Positions 28,901 through 38,401 of a stretch of 64,000 nucleotides of DNA are shown here, piece after piece. Positions within the stretch are counted from its first letter, which is position 1; each line of letters begins with the position of its first letter. The notes beneath the pieces are model-generated. The model ran no database searches, was not told the DNA's origin, and saw nothing but the letters and a program-made list of their open reading frames with translations. The DNA is taken from the IMG/VR virus record IMGVR_UViG_3300042731_004843, positions 1-64,000 of that record; one strand, 5' to 3'. The DNA comes from a virus. The position numbers and the translations under genes are program-made.

Positions 28901-31900
28901 ATGGCTCTACCTAACCCACACGGCGCCGCAGCTGGCGAGATCGCCAACAACTCGATCTACGACACCGGCGTAACGCCAGGCTCAACCGGTGGTAAGTTTA
29001 TCGGCTTCGGTGAAGAGGGCACGTCCTTCATCGCCAACAGGGCGCACTGGGCTCTGTCCGAGAACATCGATTACCTCTACCAGATCGTGGCCGGAGATCG
29101 GGCTATTCCTGCTGGAGCGTCCTTCACTTCTGCTGGGCAGAGCACCTACCAGATTACGGACGACGTGTGGTGCGGGGACGCTGGCTACCCAGGCGCCGTG
29201 GGTGTGTTCGACGCTGCCCATAAAGAGGGCATGCTGATCCTCTTTGCCGTGCTGGACGAGAACTACAACGAGCTGACGGACGCTAGCGGCAACGAGGTAC
29301 GTGTCCACATCGTCAGGGACTCGACCAACACCACCGAAGAGTACAAAAACGGATTCATCACCAATCCGGTGATCACGTTCAAGACGATCGACTCCAGCGG
29401 GGCAGATGTTCCTGGAGGCAATCCGTACACCATCCCGGCCGCGCAGGACGTGCGCGTGCTCTACGGCTCCAAGAGCAGTGTGGAGGCCCTACCTGTCGAT
29501 GCGCTAGTGAAGTTCAAGCTGCAGTCGGCAAGTGAGGTGGAGGCCGGTGCCTTCTTGCAGGACGGCACCAAGAAGATGACGGGGGACGCCGACTACGACG
29601 GCAACAAGATCCTCAATCTGGATGAGGCTCGAGGGGCTGCAGGGGCGGACCTACTCATCCGCGCTATTCAGGACTTGAACCTCCAGGGTGACCAGGAACT
29701 CACCCTAAAAGACCAGCATCTGGCAGCTGCGGTAGCTCTATCTCAAGCAGGAGAGCTAGCTGTAAACGGGTACTACCCCAGTATTATCGGCTCGTTGAAC
29801 AGCAAGACCGACATGCTGACGTCGTTGGTTGGCAACCGTAGCTTGGATACGGCCGGCGTACTCACCTTCACAGCTGGCACAGGTCAGGTAGCGTGGCCCA
29901 ATCTGAACGTGACGATAGATGGCGAGCGCCGCGTTATTCCGGCGGGCAACATCATCGTGTCCAATACCGGAACCACGGTCTACTACCTAGCCGTAACTGC
30001 CCTGGGCGCGGTGGTAGAGAGGACTGACCTGCAGGAGACGGACATTCCCTTGACGGCGCACGCCTGGAATGGCGCGGCCTTCAATGTGGCCATAGACCTG
30101 CGCTGGGCATACAACAAAACCACACGTGCGTTCGAGGTCACTTGCGGAGACGGGGGCGGGACGGATTTCGGGGATCTGGATGACGCCGTAGAAGTCGCGG
30201 CAGCCCTCAGTAAGTCCTCCAGGGCGCCTACTGTTGTAAGGGTCAAGGGCGTTGCCCCGATTAGCAGCAGCGTGAATACGATAGTGGTGCGGGAGCCTAT
30301 TGCTATCGTGGGTGAGGGTCCGGGGCTATCCACCATTAAATCGAACAACGCCACCGGTGATGCGAACGACTTCATCGACTGCCAGTCTAACCAGGTGAGG
30401 ATCGAGAACCTCACGGTCATGCATGCTGGAAACAAGCAGCTGGCCGGTCTTGCCGGCATCAAAAATGCCGGGGACTTTAGCATCTTCCGCAATTTGACAT
30501 TCGAGCCCGACACTACCGCCTTCAACTGGAACTTCGCCAACGCCTTCCTGTGGGATGCTGCGGCGGAGGGTGTGCTGATAGAGAAGGTGCGGGGTGGCGT
30601 GCAGTGCTCCGACCAGGCTGGCGGTGGATCATTCATTCTCGGCTCTAACGCAGCCTACACTACGGCCTACCTGACTGAGAGCCGCATCAGAGACGTGAAG
30701 CTGGAGTGGGGCGTTGGCGGCACGCCGGAACACGCCATCGTAGCTAATGGTGAGGGCAACATCATAGAGAATGTAGAGTGCCGTTCAGGTGTGAGCGACT
30801 TCATCTTCATCATCGGCAGCGATTGCATGGTCGACAAGTGTAAGGCGAGCTTGTTCACGGCTGGGGGCGCTGCTCCGGCACACGTGATCTACAAGCCTCT
30901 AGCCGGAGCGACCTACACGGACATGGCCACCATCAAGGACAGCTTCTTCGAGCAGGCTGACTTCGGTGTGCGGCTTTCTGACCTGACGGGCTTGAATGGC
31001 AAACTGACGATCAAGAACTGCCGGTTCAGCGAGATCAATCTGCCGTTCGACTCCTCGGGTGCCGGCACACCGAACCCGGGCTCCAACATCGTCATTGACG
31101 GGAACGAGACACAGTACTCTGCTTGGGGCGTGTTTAACCTTGACGGGGACATCGACTACAAAGTCACGAACAACAACATGTTCTCGGTCAACGGCGATGG
31201 GATCTTCGTTGGGTTTGCCGCCAGTGCGCAGATCAACAACAACTTCATCGAGGGATTTGGGCCATTGGGGACCTACGCCAACGCCATAGAGGTGTCTGTT
31301 GGTCCGGGTGTTGTGGTGGTCAGCAATAACATCATTGGTAGTGCCGGTGCCGGCACCGGCACTAGCCAGGTGCGTTCGGGCCGCAGGTTCACGTTCACAA
31401 ACAATGTTCTTATCGGCGGTGACCTGTCTGGACAAAAGGGGCTTCAGCTCACTGGCGTGTTTCCCCTTTATGCGGACAACTGCACCATCGCGAACAATCT
31501 GATGGGCAACCACGGAGATGGCGGTATCTGGGTACGCCAGGATTGTAACGGCTGCCGTATTGAAAACAACGCCTTCTTCAACGAGGACAAGTGGGGTGTT
31601 TGGGTAGACAATGCAGTGGATACCATAATTTCCGGGAACGCGTTCCTGTCTGATATTCTCGGCATCTTCTCCGGTATAGGCGTGCTGGTTACGGGCACCG
31701 CCGCGGGTTTCGGCTCCAACACCCAGATCATCGGCAACCACTTCCGCGGTGTGGAAGGTATCGGCAACGGCACGTGGTACGGATGCATCTATGTGGTCGG
31801 AGCAGTGGAGGGTGCGGTCTCCGATTGCCAGATCATGGACAACGAGATCTTCGGCTGTGGTTCCACTGATGCCGTACTGCTCAACCAGCTGTGGGCAGGC

Positions 31901-32449
31901 ATCTACTCCAATGGCGTACGCACACAGGTGCAGGGCAACAACGTGCGCGTCCTCAAGGGGTACGTCGGGAACAGCACCACGGTGGGTATTCGTGTGGACT
32001 ATGAGCCGGGTAGCGAGGTTTCGTGCTCCCAGATCATCGGCAACACCGTGCGACACAACATGTCCGATACGCAGAACTCTACGCTCATGTTCGGCATCCA
32101 GGTGGTGGGCAACTTTACCCACATACACACCACCGTGTCCCACAACGTCATTGACTTCAGGGACACCGGGGCCCCTCCCGGTGGCGGGGGCGGCAAGACT
32201 ACAATCGCCATCTATTTCCAGACGGCTAATAGCGTGATCGCGGTGGGCAATATGATCCCCTTCTGGAACCACGCTGCGGCCACCAACTGGGCCATCGACC
32301 TTACGTTGGGCACGAACTCGTTCGTGCTGGCCAACATAACTGGAAACCCTGGGTCGCTACTAAGCAACAACCTCAATCCGGTGGTGTTGCCTCCGGCCAT
32401 AACGTCCGGAAACCTACGAGCCGATTTCAACGTGGGCGCGCTATTTTAA
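28901..32449 (+). CDS. tail spike/fibre with right-handed parallel beta-helix (pectin-lyase-like depolymerase fold)
   Basis: Many I/VxNN, IxGN and GIxV repeats in the C-terminal ~700 aa; IVGEGPGLSTI entry motif. Confidence 0.8.
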   Translation: MALPNPHGAAAGEIANNSIYDTGVTPGSTGGKFIGFGEEGTSFIANRAHWALSENIDYLYQIVAGDRAIPAGASFTSAGQSTYQITDDVWCGDAGYPGAVGVFDAAHKEGMLILFAVLDENYNELTDASGNEVRVHIVRDSTNTTEEYKNGFITNPVITFKTIDSSGADVPGGNPYTIPAAQDVRVLYGSKSSVEALPVDALVKFKLQSASEVEAGAFLQDGTKKMTGDADYDGNKILNLDEARGAAGADLLIRAIQDLNLQGDQELTLKDQHLAAAVALSQAGELAVNGYYPSIIGSLNSKTDMLTSLVGNRSLDTAGVLTFTAGTGQVAWPNLNVTIDGERRVIPAGNIIVSNTGTTVYYLAVTALGAVVERTDLQETDIPLTAHAWNGAAFNVAIDLRWAYNKTTRAFEVTCGDGGGTDFGDLDDAVEVAAALSKSSRAPTVVRVKGVAPISSSVNTIVVREPIAIVGEGPGLSTIKSNNATGDANDFIDCQSNQVRIENLTVMHAGNKQLAGLAGIKNAGDFSIFRNLTFEPDTTAFNWNFANAFLWDAAAEGVLIEKVRGGVQCSDQAGGGSFILGSNAAYTTAYLTESRIRDVKLEWGVGGTPEHAIVANGEGNIIENVECRSGVSDFIFIIGSDCMVDKCKASLFTAGGAAPAHVIYKPLAGATYTDMATIKDSFFEQADFGVRLSDLTGLNGKLTIKNCRFSEINLPFDSSGAGTPNPGSNIVIDGNETQYSAWGVFNLDGDIDYKVTNNNMFSVNGDGIFVGFAASAQINNNFIEGFGPLGTYANAIEVSVGPGVVVVSNNIIGSAGAGTGTSQVRSGRRFTFTNNVLIGGDLSGQKGLQLTGVFPLYADNCTIANNLMGNHGDGGIWVRQDCNGCRIENNAFFNEDKWGVWVDNAVDTIISGNAFLSDILGIFSGIGVLVTGTAAGFGSNTQIIGNHFRGVEGIGNGTWYGCIYVVGAVEGAVSDCQIMDNEIFGCGSTDAVLLNQLWAGIYSNGVRTQVQGNNVRVLKGYVGNSTTVGIRVDYEPGSEVSCSQIIGNTVRHNMSDTQNSTLMFGIQVVGNFTHIHTTVSHNVIDFRDTGAPPGGGGGKTTIAIYFQTANSVIAVGNMIPFWNHAAATNWAIDLTLGTNSFVLANITGNPGSLLSNNLNPVVLPPAITSGNLRADFNVGALF

Positions 32450-32459
32450 GGAGGTCACT

Positions 32460-32819
32460 GTGGATAAGATCACTGGAGTCATGGCCAGCTGGGAAGCCTT
32501 CCTCCTCGCGTTCGCTGCGTTCGCTATCTTGGGCGTCGTGCGGCAGATGGGCACCAAGAAGGATACCAAGGGCAAGGTAGTGGGTGGTTGGGCGCAAAGT
32601 CGCCCGTTCCGGATGCTGCTTCCTGTGTACCCCTACGTACTGTGCCTGGGCATGATTTTCATCCCCGGCGTTCCTCTACCGGAAAAGCTCGGGGCTGCTC
32701 TGGGCGCCAAGCTACTGTTCGCCCTTTGGGCCGGGTGGCTCTCAGACAAGTCCTTCGAGATCGTCAAGCGCATCCTGGAGAAGGGCTTCAACGTGAAGTT
32801 CGATAAGGCAGGGAGCTAG
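32460..32819 (+). CDS. multi-TM membrane protein (holin-like)
   Basis: Three hydrophobic segments; AAGGAGG RBS, GTG start. Confidence 0.5.
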   Translation: MDKITGVMASWEAFLLAFAAFAILGVVRQMGTKKDTKGKVVGGWAQSRPFRMLLPVYPYVLCLGMIFIPGVPLPEKLGAALGAKLLFALWAGWLSDKSFEIVKRILEKGFNVKFDKAGS

Positions 32820-32821
32820 CC

Positions 32822-33094
32822 ATGCATGAGGCTAGTATGCAGGCGCTTCAAAGTGAGCTGGAGAAAATAGCCAAGACGAAGGGGAGCAGGCGCCTTGCGG
32901 AAGCTATGTTTGGTAGGCTTCGTGCAGCGAGGGGAGGCGGCGTTAAGGGCAGCGAAGTGGGCGCGTTCAGGAAGTTGCGTAGGGCGAACTACGGACCATC
33001 GGAAGCGGCGGGAGCTATCGATAAGGCTAGATGGCGCGGCGATCAGTACGTGAAGGTGCCTGAAGGTTACGGCCATCGCTACATAGATTTTTAG
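32822..33094 (+). CDS. small basic protein with LQSELEKIA tag
   Basis: GGGAG RBS. Confidence 0.6.
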   Translation: MHEASMQALQSELEKIAKTKGSRRLAEAMFGRLRAARGGGVKGSEVGAFRKLRRANYGPSEAAGAIDKARWRGDQYVKVPEGYGHRYIDF

Positions 33095-33103
33095 GAGAGC
33101 ACT

Positions 33104-33427
33104 GTGTCCAAGGTCTGGGCTTGGTTGAAGAAAAACTGGAAGTGGTTGATCCTCCCGCTCTGGTTGGTGTCGCTACTCTTAGTCTGGTTCCTCAGCGGCG
33201 GTAAGAGCACCCTGTTCCCTCCGTCCGGTACCACGGATGAGGCTGCCGATGAGGCCATCGCGGCCAAAGACAAGGCCATCGCGGACTTCAGGGCTCGATT
33301 GGATGATCTGCACAAGAAGGCGGAGGAGAGACTGAAGAATGCCTCCGAAGAGCAGATCAAAGAGTATGAGGAGCTCAAAGACAAGCCCGTGGAGGACGTG
33401 GCCAAGTGGATCGACAGCCTCTCGTAG
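33104..33427 (+). CDS. N-terminal TM + coiled-coil protein (inner spanin-like)
   Basis: WKWLILPLWLVSLLLVWFL followed by a charged helix; AGGAG RBS. Confidence 0.5.
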   Translation: MSKVWAWLKKNWKWLILPLWLVSLLLVWFLSGGKSTLFPPSGTTDEAADEAIAAKDKAIADFRARLDDLHKKAEERLKNASEEQIKEYEELKDKPVEDVAKWIDSLS

Positions 33428-33436
33428 GACTTCCTG

Positions 33437-36400
33437 ATGCGACTCAAGACCGCATTCGAGTGGGCGGCGACAGGACCCAACAGGGGTGAGCGCGTACACG
33501 ATGCTCCCGTACTGTGGCGGCCCGGCAAACTGAAGCGGTCGGATTTCCAACCTGCCGCAGGGATCAATCCCGATGTAGCCAGGGGTGTTGCTCGAGAGCC
33601 GCAAGAGAAGGTCTCCATATTCGATGGGGACGGTACCAAGCTGATGCCCCACCTACGCGCCATCCACAAGCTGGGCGGCATCTCTGCCAGTGAAGTGGGG
33701 ATTGAAGACCTGGACGGCTTCAAGACCACCGGCAGGCACTACGCCAGACAGGCGCAAAGGGCCTTTAGCGACAAGCCCGTAGATGCTGGTCCTGGCTACG
33801 GGGCAGACCACGAGAGCAATAGCACGGCCGGAGAAGGCAACGAGCCCGATACTTCAGGGGAAATTCCTATCGAGGATCCGCAGGACAGCACACCTCTGCG
33901 CGGACATCTACGTAATATCAGGGGGTTAAAGAAGCAGGGGGCTGGTGTGCTGTCTGGGGAGCTGCTGGCTGGGCTGCCCAGGATAGATGTCATCGCTGCC
34001 GAGCAACAGCGCCAGCTGCTATCCAGGGCCGTCCACGAGGCCCGTAGCCGCGGCGGGGAGCTCAGAGGGGCCCAGGAGCCCTCAGCTCTACCTCTGGCCG
34101 GTGAGGGGGCTCTAGAGGGCGCTCAGTATGTCAGGCTGTCAGAGGCCGATGTAGACGCCATCAATGCCCGCCTAGCCCGCCAGGCTATGGAGAAGAGTTC
34201 GAGTTGGGATCCGCGGCTCAAATCCGTCTCTGTGACTGGCTGCGTCAAACTGGCAGAGCCGGCGCCCCGTTTGCGCACAAAGCTATTGCCCCACCAAGAG
34301 CGGGTAGTTGAGAAGCTAAAGGGGCGGCCGGGACTGGTAGTGGCTCATGGGTTGGGATCGGGCAAGACGCTGAGTTCCATAGCCGCTGCTGTACAGCTGG
34401 AGCCGGACAGGACCAAGGTACTGGTTCCGGCGTCTCTCAGGGCCAACTACCAGAAGGAGCTGGACAAGCACGTAGAAGGTACCCTGCCCATAGAGGTGGG
34501 CTCTCTACAGGGTGCGGCCGCACGCGGGGAGGTGCCGCGTGCAGACCTACTGGTGGTAGATGAGGCGCACAGAGGCAGGAACCCGCAGTCCAAAACGTAC
34601 CAGATGATCCAAGGCGCCGAGGCCAAGAAGCGCCTGATGTTGACTGCGTCACCTACCTACAACCGGCCGTCTGACGTAGCCACTCTGGTAAACATGGCTG
34701 CTGGCGATAGGGTCATGCCCATGGGTAAGGCCTTTGATGAGCGGTACATCGCGCAGCCCAAGAAGGGTATCTGGGGCCTGCTCCCGTTCTCTAGAAAGCA
34801 GGAGGGCTTGAAGCGCAAGGGAGAGCTCGGCAAGGCTTTGTCGGAGTGGGTGGACTACCACAAGTCTGGGGGCAAGGGGTTTCCAGATGTGATGGAGGAG
34901 CGCCACGCGGTCAAGATGACCAAGCGCCAGACGCAGCTTCACGATGCTGCGTGGGGACAGCTCTCTTTGTTGTCCAAGATGCGTCTGCGCCGCGGGCTGC
35001 CTCCCGACAAGCAGGACCTCTCCAAGATCAACAACTTCCAGTCTCAGACCCGGCAGATCTCCAGTACTGAGTCGCCGTACACTAAGAAGGGGCGGGGCGA
35101 GGTATCTCCTAAGATCGTGAAGGCTGTAGGGCTCCTGGACACAGAAGCCAGGGCGAACCCTGATCACAAGGCGCTGGTCTACTCTAACTACTTGGGCACC
35201 TTGAGAGACTACTCTAAGGAGCTGGAGAAGCGGAAGGTGCCCCACGCCATATTCTCCGGCCAGCAAAAGATGCGGGACCGCAAGCAGATGGTGGAGGACT
35301 ACAACGCCGGCAAACTGAAAGCCCTGCTGGTATCGTCTGCTGGAGGGGAGGGGCTGGACCTGAAGGGCACCAGGCAGGTCCAGGTACTCGAGCCGCACTG
35401 GAACGTAGAGAAGCTGAAGCAGGTGGAGGGCCGGGCCATCCGCCGCGGTTCCCACACGCACCTGCCGAAAGACCAGCAGAAGGTACTGCTGCAGAGGTTC
35501 GAGTCCTATCCACGTGGAGGCATCTTCAGAAAGCGCCGCGGTGTAGAGCAGGTGCTGGGCGACATGGCTGCCAATAAGGAGAGGCTGAACCAGGAGATGC
35601 TGGGGCTGATGGAAAAGAGCGCAGAGCCACCACCCCCAGAAGGCGTCTCCGCCAAAGAGTGGGACGAGATACTGGACAACAAGGCCAGTAAGCCGCGTCC
35701 CCTGCCCGAGGTCATAACCAAGGACCGGCTTCGTGATCCTGTTGTCCAGCCACGCGACCTTATCCGGCGGCAGGAAACCCGGATGGAAAAGAGCGCGAAG
35801 CGCAAGTCCTGTTTTGATGAGTCCGTGAGAATAGCCGTAAAGAACCCACAGCTTACGCTAATGAAGGGGGATCCTTTCAAGGGCTCTGGAGACAGGGCCC
35901 ACTTCTGGTTGGAAGACAAGGACGGAAAGATCACCGACCCTACTGCGGGACAGTACCCGAAAAGTACGAGAGTCTATACGGGTGGACGACCAGTCAGCTT
36001 GAGTAGGAATCGTGATGCAGTAGAAAGAGCTCTGCAGAAAAGAGCATTCAAGCTGCAGGGACAGACCGAAGTGCAAGGCATTCCTGTAGCCATCGAGAAC
36101 CGCAAGGGGTCTGTACGGAAGGGCAAAGATCCGGACGGCAACGAGTGGCGTACCAAGATGCAGAACCCGTACGGGTACATCAAGGGCACCAAGGGAGCAG
36201 ATGGGGAAGAGGTAGATGCCTACGTGGGCCCGGACAAGGAAGCCCCCAAAGCGTTCGTCGTACACCAGCGAGACAAAGAGACCGGTGAGTATGACGAGGA
36301 CAAGGTCATGCTGGCCTTCAAGTCCAAGGCCGACGCCAAGAGAGCCTTTCTTGCACACTACGACAGCCCCAAGTTCCTCGGACCCATCAGTGCGGTACCC

Positions 36401-37093
36401 ATGGAGCGTCTGCGGGAGCTAGTAGAGAGCAAGAAGAGGCTGGTCAAGATCTCTTTCGCCGTGCCGGTTGTAGAGGACAAAGGTTACCAGAAGAAGGTAC
36501 GCCGGAGATTCGATAAACTGACCAAAGCGCTGGCACGTCACGGGGACCCAGTGGGCACAGGGCACAAGAGGATCGTCATCCCCAAGCGTGTTATGAAAGA
36601 GGATGACCTTGTTGGGCAGCTGGGGTTCGTTCCAGTCAAGGTGGCCATCCCGGAGGCCGGGCAGTCCCGCTTTGCCAGTTTTAGGCACCCGGACAATCTA
36701 TTCCACCTGCACGAGCACGGTGATGCGTGGGTCATGCACAAAGATGAGCACCCTGCGTCCACCATGCTGGTGAAGAAGTGGCGTATGGCCAGAGAGGCCG
36801 CTAAGAGCGCCACGGGCAAGAGTCAAGCTGAAGTGAAGGCGGCTCTCAAGGCTACGGGCGGGAAGCTCAAGCCGGTCGGGGATTTCATCAGAGGCCTGCC
36901 GCACGTGGTCACGGAGGGTGTTCCTGGAGCGTACTACTACGCCAAGGGGCAGATCTTAAAGACCAAGGGTATGCGGGAGAGGGTAGAAGAAGCTGTACCC
37001 AACGCGTACAAGCGCCAGGTGACGAAGTGGATAGAGCTAAAAAAGGCCGCAAGTGCCGGCTACGCCGATCTCGGTAGCCTAGTTCAGGAGTGA
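33437..37093 (+). CDS. polyvalent multidomain protein: SWI2/SNF2-like helicase + small Cys-His-Asp domain + phage inorganic-pyrophosphatase-like (InPase) domain
   Basis: HGLGSGKT, DEAH, TASP, GGEGLDL, QVEGRAIR; SCF...AHFWL...DPT; IENRKGSVRKG...YGYIKGTKGADGEEVDAYVGP...DEDKVML. Confidence 0.85.
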   Translation: MRLKTAFEWAATGPNRGERVHDAPVLWRPGKLKRSDFQPAAGINPDVARGVAREPQEKVSIFDGDGTKLMPHLRAIHKLGGISASEVGIEDLDGFKTTGRHYARQAQRAFSDKPVDAGPGYGADHESNSTAGEGNEPDTSGEIPIEDPQDSTPLRGHLRNIRGLKKQGAGVLSGELLAGLPRIDVIAAEQQRQLLSRAVHEARSRGGELRGAQEPSALPLAGEGALEGAQYVRLSEADVDAINARLARQAMEKSSSWDPRLKSVSVTGCVKLAEPAPRLRTKLLPHQERVVEKLKGRPGLVVAHGLGSGKTLSSIAAAVQLEPDRTKVLVPASLRANYQKELDKHVEGTLPIEVGSLQGAAARGEVPRADLLVVDEAHRGRNPQSKTYQMIQGAEAKKRLMLTASPTYNRPSDVATLVNMAAGDRVMPMGKAFDERYIAQPKKGIWGLLPFSRKQEGLKRKGELGKALSEWVDYHKSGGKGFPDVMEERHAVKMTKRQTQLHDAAWGQLSLLSKMRLRRGLPPDKQDLSKINNFQSQTRQISSTESPYTKKGRGEVSPKIVKAVGLLDTEARANPDHKALVYSNYLGTLRDYSKELEKRKVPHAIFSGQQKMRDRKQMVEDYNAGKLKALLVSSAGGEGLDLKGTRQVQVLEPHWNVEKLKQVEGRAIRRGSHTHLPKDQQKVLLQRFESYPRGGIFRKRRGVEQVLGDMAANKERLNQEMLGLMEKSAEPPPPEGVSAKEWDEILDNKASKPRPLPEVITKDRLRDPVVQPRDLIRRQETRMEKSAKRKSCFDESVRIAVKNPQLTLMKGDPFKGSGDRAHFWLEDKDGKITDPTAGQYPKSTRVYTGGRPVSLSRNRDAVERALQKRAFKLQGQTEVQGIPVAIENRKGSVRKGKDPDGNEWRTKMQNPYGYIKGTKGADGEEVDAYVGPDKEAPKAFVVHQRDKETGEYDEDKVMLAFKSKADAKRAFLAHYDSPKFLGPISAVPMERLRELVESKKRLVKISFAVPVVEDKGYQKKVRRRFDKLTKALARHGDPVGTGHKRIVIPKRVMKEDDLVGQLGFVPVKVAIPEAGQSRFASFRHPDNLFHLHEHGDAWVMHKDEHPASTMLVKKWRMAREAAKSATGKSQAEVKAALKATGGKLKPVGDFIRGLPHVVTEGVPGAYYYAKGQILKTKGMRERVEEAVPNAYKRQVTKWIELKKAASAGYADLGSLVQE

Positions 37094-37095
37094 TC

Positions 37096-37611
37096 ATGCG
37101 CGCTATCATCGTAGCACTCATTCTTCTGTGGCCTTGTATAGCTATTGCCGCAGATCAGTGCACCAAGCAGATCTACAGCGACCCCAATGTAGAGCCTGAC
37201 TACAGCTGCCCAGGTCCAGGCGAAGATGCCATGGTCCCCAAGATCCAGCTGAGGGCATCTGTAGAGCTCAAGGCTAAGCAGGCATCTCCCTGGTCGGGCA
37301 TCTTGATGGACAAGAACCGGGTGCTGGTTCTCGGTCTGCGTATCAAGGGCTTGCGCCGCATCAGGTGGCAGGAGAACAATACTTGCCGGGAGTCGTTGGC
37401 GGCAGAGAAGAAGTTCATGGAGGACTCGTTCAACGCCACGATCAAACTGCGTACTTCTCAGAGGGACAGCTACAAGGCACAGAATGTAGATCTGCGGAAA
37501 GAGATCGTACGCCTGAATAGATGGTACCGATCTCCCACCTTCTGGTTCGTCACTGGGGTCTTGGTGACGGCCGCTGGGGCCACGGCCCTGGCATACGGGT
37601 TGAGGAAGTAA
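37096..37611 (+). CDS. signal-peptide protein with C-terminal TM (spanin-like)
   Basis: MRAIIVALILLWPCIAIA signal; WYRSPTFWFVTGVLV C-terminal anchor; AGGAG RBS. Confidence 0.5.
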   Translation: MRAIIVALILLWPCIAIAADQCTKQIYSDPNVEPDYSCPGPGEDAMVPKIQLRASVELKAKQASPWSGILMDKNRVLVLGLRIKGLRRIRWQENNTCRESLAAEKKFMEDSFNATIKLRTSQRDSYKAQNVDLRKEIVRLNRWYRSPTFWFVTGVLVTAAGATALAYGLRK

Positions 37612-37614
37612 AGA

Positions 37615-37638
37615 AGAGAGGGCTTCTACGCCCTCTCT
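37615..37638. terminator. intrinsic terminator hairpin between convergent blocks
   Basis: AGAGAGGGC-TTCTAC-GCCCTCTCT 9-bp stem; followed by TCTTTACTT on the minus strand. Confidence 0.7.
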
Positions 37639-37670
37639 CCGATCAGCTTATCCCTTCAACTGGCGGGTTC

Positions 37671-37880
37671 TTACAGGGACGAGGCCAGTATGGCCCGCAG
37701 AAGGGTCATGCGGTCTAGGTCTGGGTCCTCCAGCGGTATGTCGTTTACCGTCTGGGAGGCCAGCTCTCTTAGTTCGTCCATGTTCATTTTGGCGAGTTGT
37801 TCCTCAGTGACCTGTAGCAGGTCCTCGGGGCCTGGGAGCAGTGGATCGCGGAGATCTAGTCCCCGCTGTCGTCGTTTCCC
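37671..37880 (-). CDS. -1 frameshift extension of the 37856-38401 gene (HeH/Rho-N-like domain)
   Basis: In the -1 frame from the GGGAAAC slippery site; encodes VTEEQLAKMNMDELRELA...DRMTLLRAIL. Confidence 0.6.
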   Translation of the reverse strand, partial: GKRRQRGLDLRDPLLPGPEDLLQVTEEQLAKMNMDELRELASQTVNDIPLEDPDLDRMTLLRAILASSL

Positions 37881-37897
37881 TGGGCGTCCCACTCCTC
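37848..37897 (-). other. programmed -1 ribosomal frameshift signal
   Basis: GAGGAG-N11-G GGA AAC (37880-37874)-N7-hairpin GCGGGGA-CTAGA-TCTCCGC. Confidence 0.65.
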
Positions 37898-38401
37898 TTG
37901 GAGCTCCTCCACACGAGCTTCCAGCGCATCGGGCTCATCGACAGCCTTGTAGACATCGGTGAGCAGCCCGAAGATCATGTAGAGCTGCCGGCGCGCCTCG
38001 GTCAGATCTGCCTCGAGGGTCTCGATGGTCGACTTGAGTTCCTCGGTCGACTCGTCCACGGTCTTACCGACCGCGTCGATGCGCCGCAGGACCTCGTCCA
38101 CCGATGGGTCCCCACCGCCCGCGCTTTCCTGGGGCGGCTCCTCTTTGGCGGCCCTGCCACGTCCAGCAGCCGGGGCACGGCCGGCTGCTGCTCGGCCCCT
38201 TCCCCGACCTTCCTGCTTACCGTTGTCCTTGGACTTGCCCTTTCCGCCTTCCTGGGCCTGCAGGATGCGGGTGATGAGTTCTCCAGACGTGGTGTTGGAG
38301 CACTCCTTGTTGTCGATGCCCAGCACGGCGATGGCAGTCCTGCGCAGGTCGACTCTTGCCATCCCCTTGAGGTCCTCTTGGGTGTATTTCTTGTCAGACA
38401 T
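37856..38401 (-). CDS. HeH/Rho-N-like N-terminal domain + RG-rich linker + coiled coil
   Basis: YTQEDLKGMARVDLRRTA...GELITRILQAQ; GRGRGRAAAGR linker. Confidence 0.65.
   Translation of the reverse strand: MSDKKYTQEDLKGMARVDLRRTAIAVLGIDNKECSNTTSGELITRILQAQEGGKGKSKDNGKQEGRGRGRAAAGRAPAAGRGRAAKEEPPQESAGGGDPSVDEVLRRIDAVGKTVDESTEELKSTIETLEADLTEARRQLYMIFGLLTDVYKAVDEPDALEARVEELQEEWDAQGNDDSGD

Noticed and set aside
30899-32272. 457-aa minus-strand ORF and similar long antisense ORFs
   Set aside because: Shadows of GC-rich coding strands; they lie wholly opposite well-supported genes and have no motifs.
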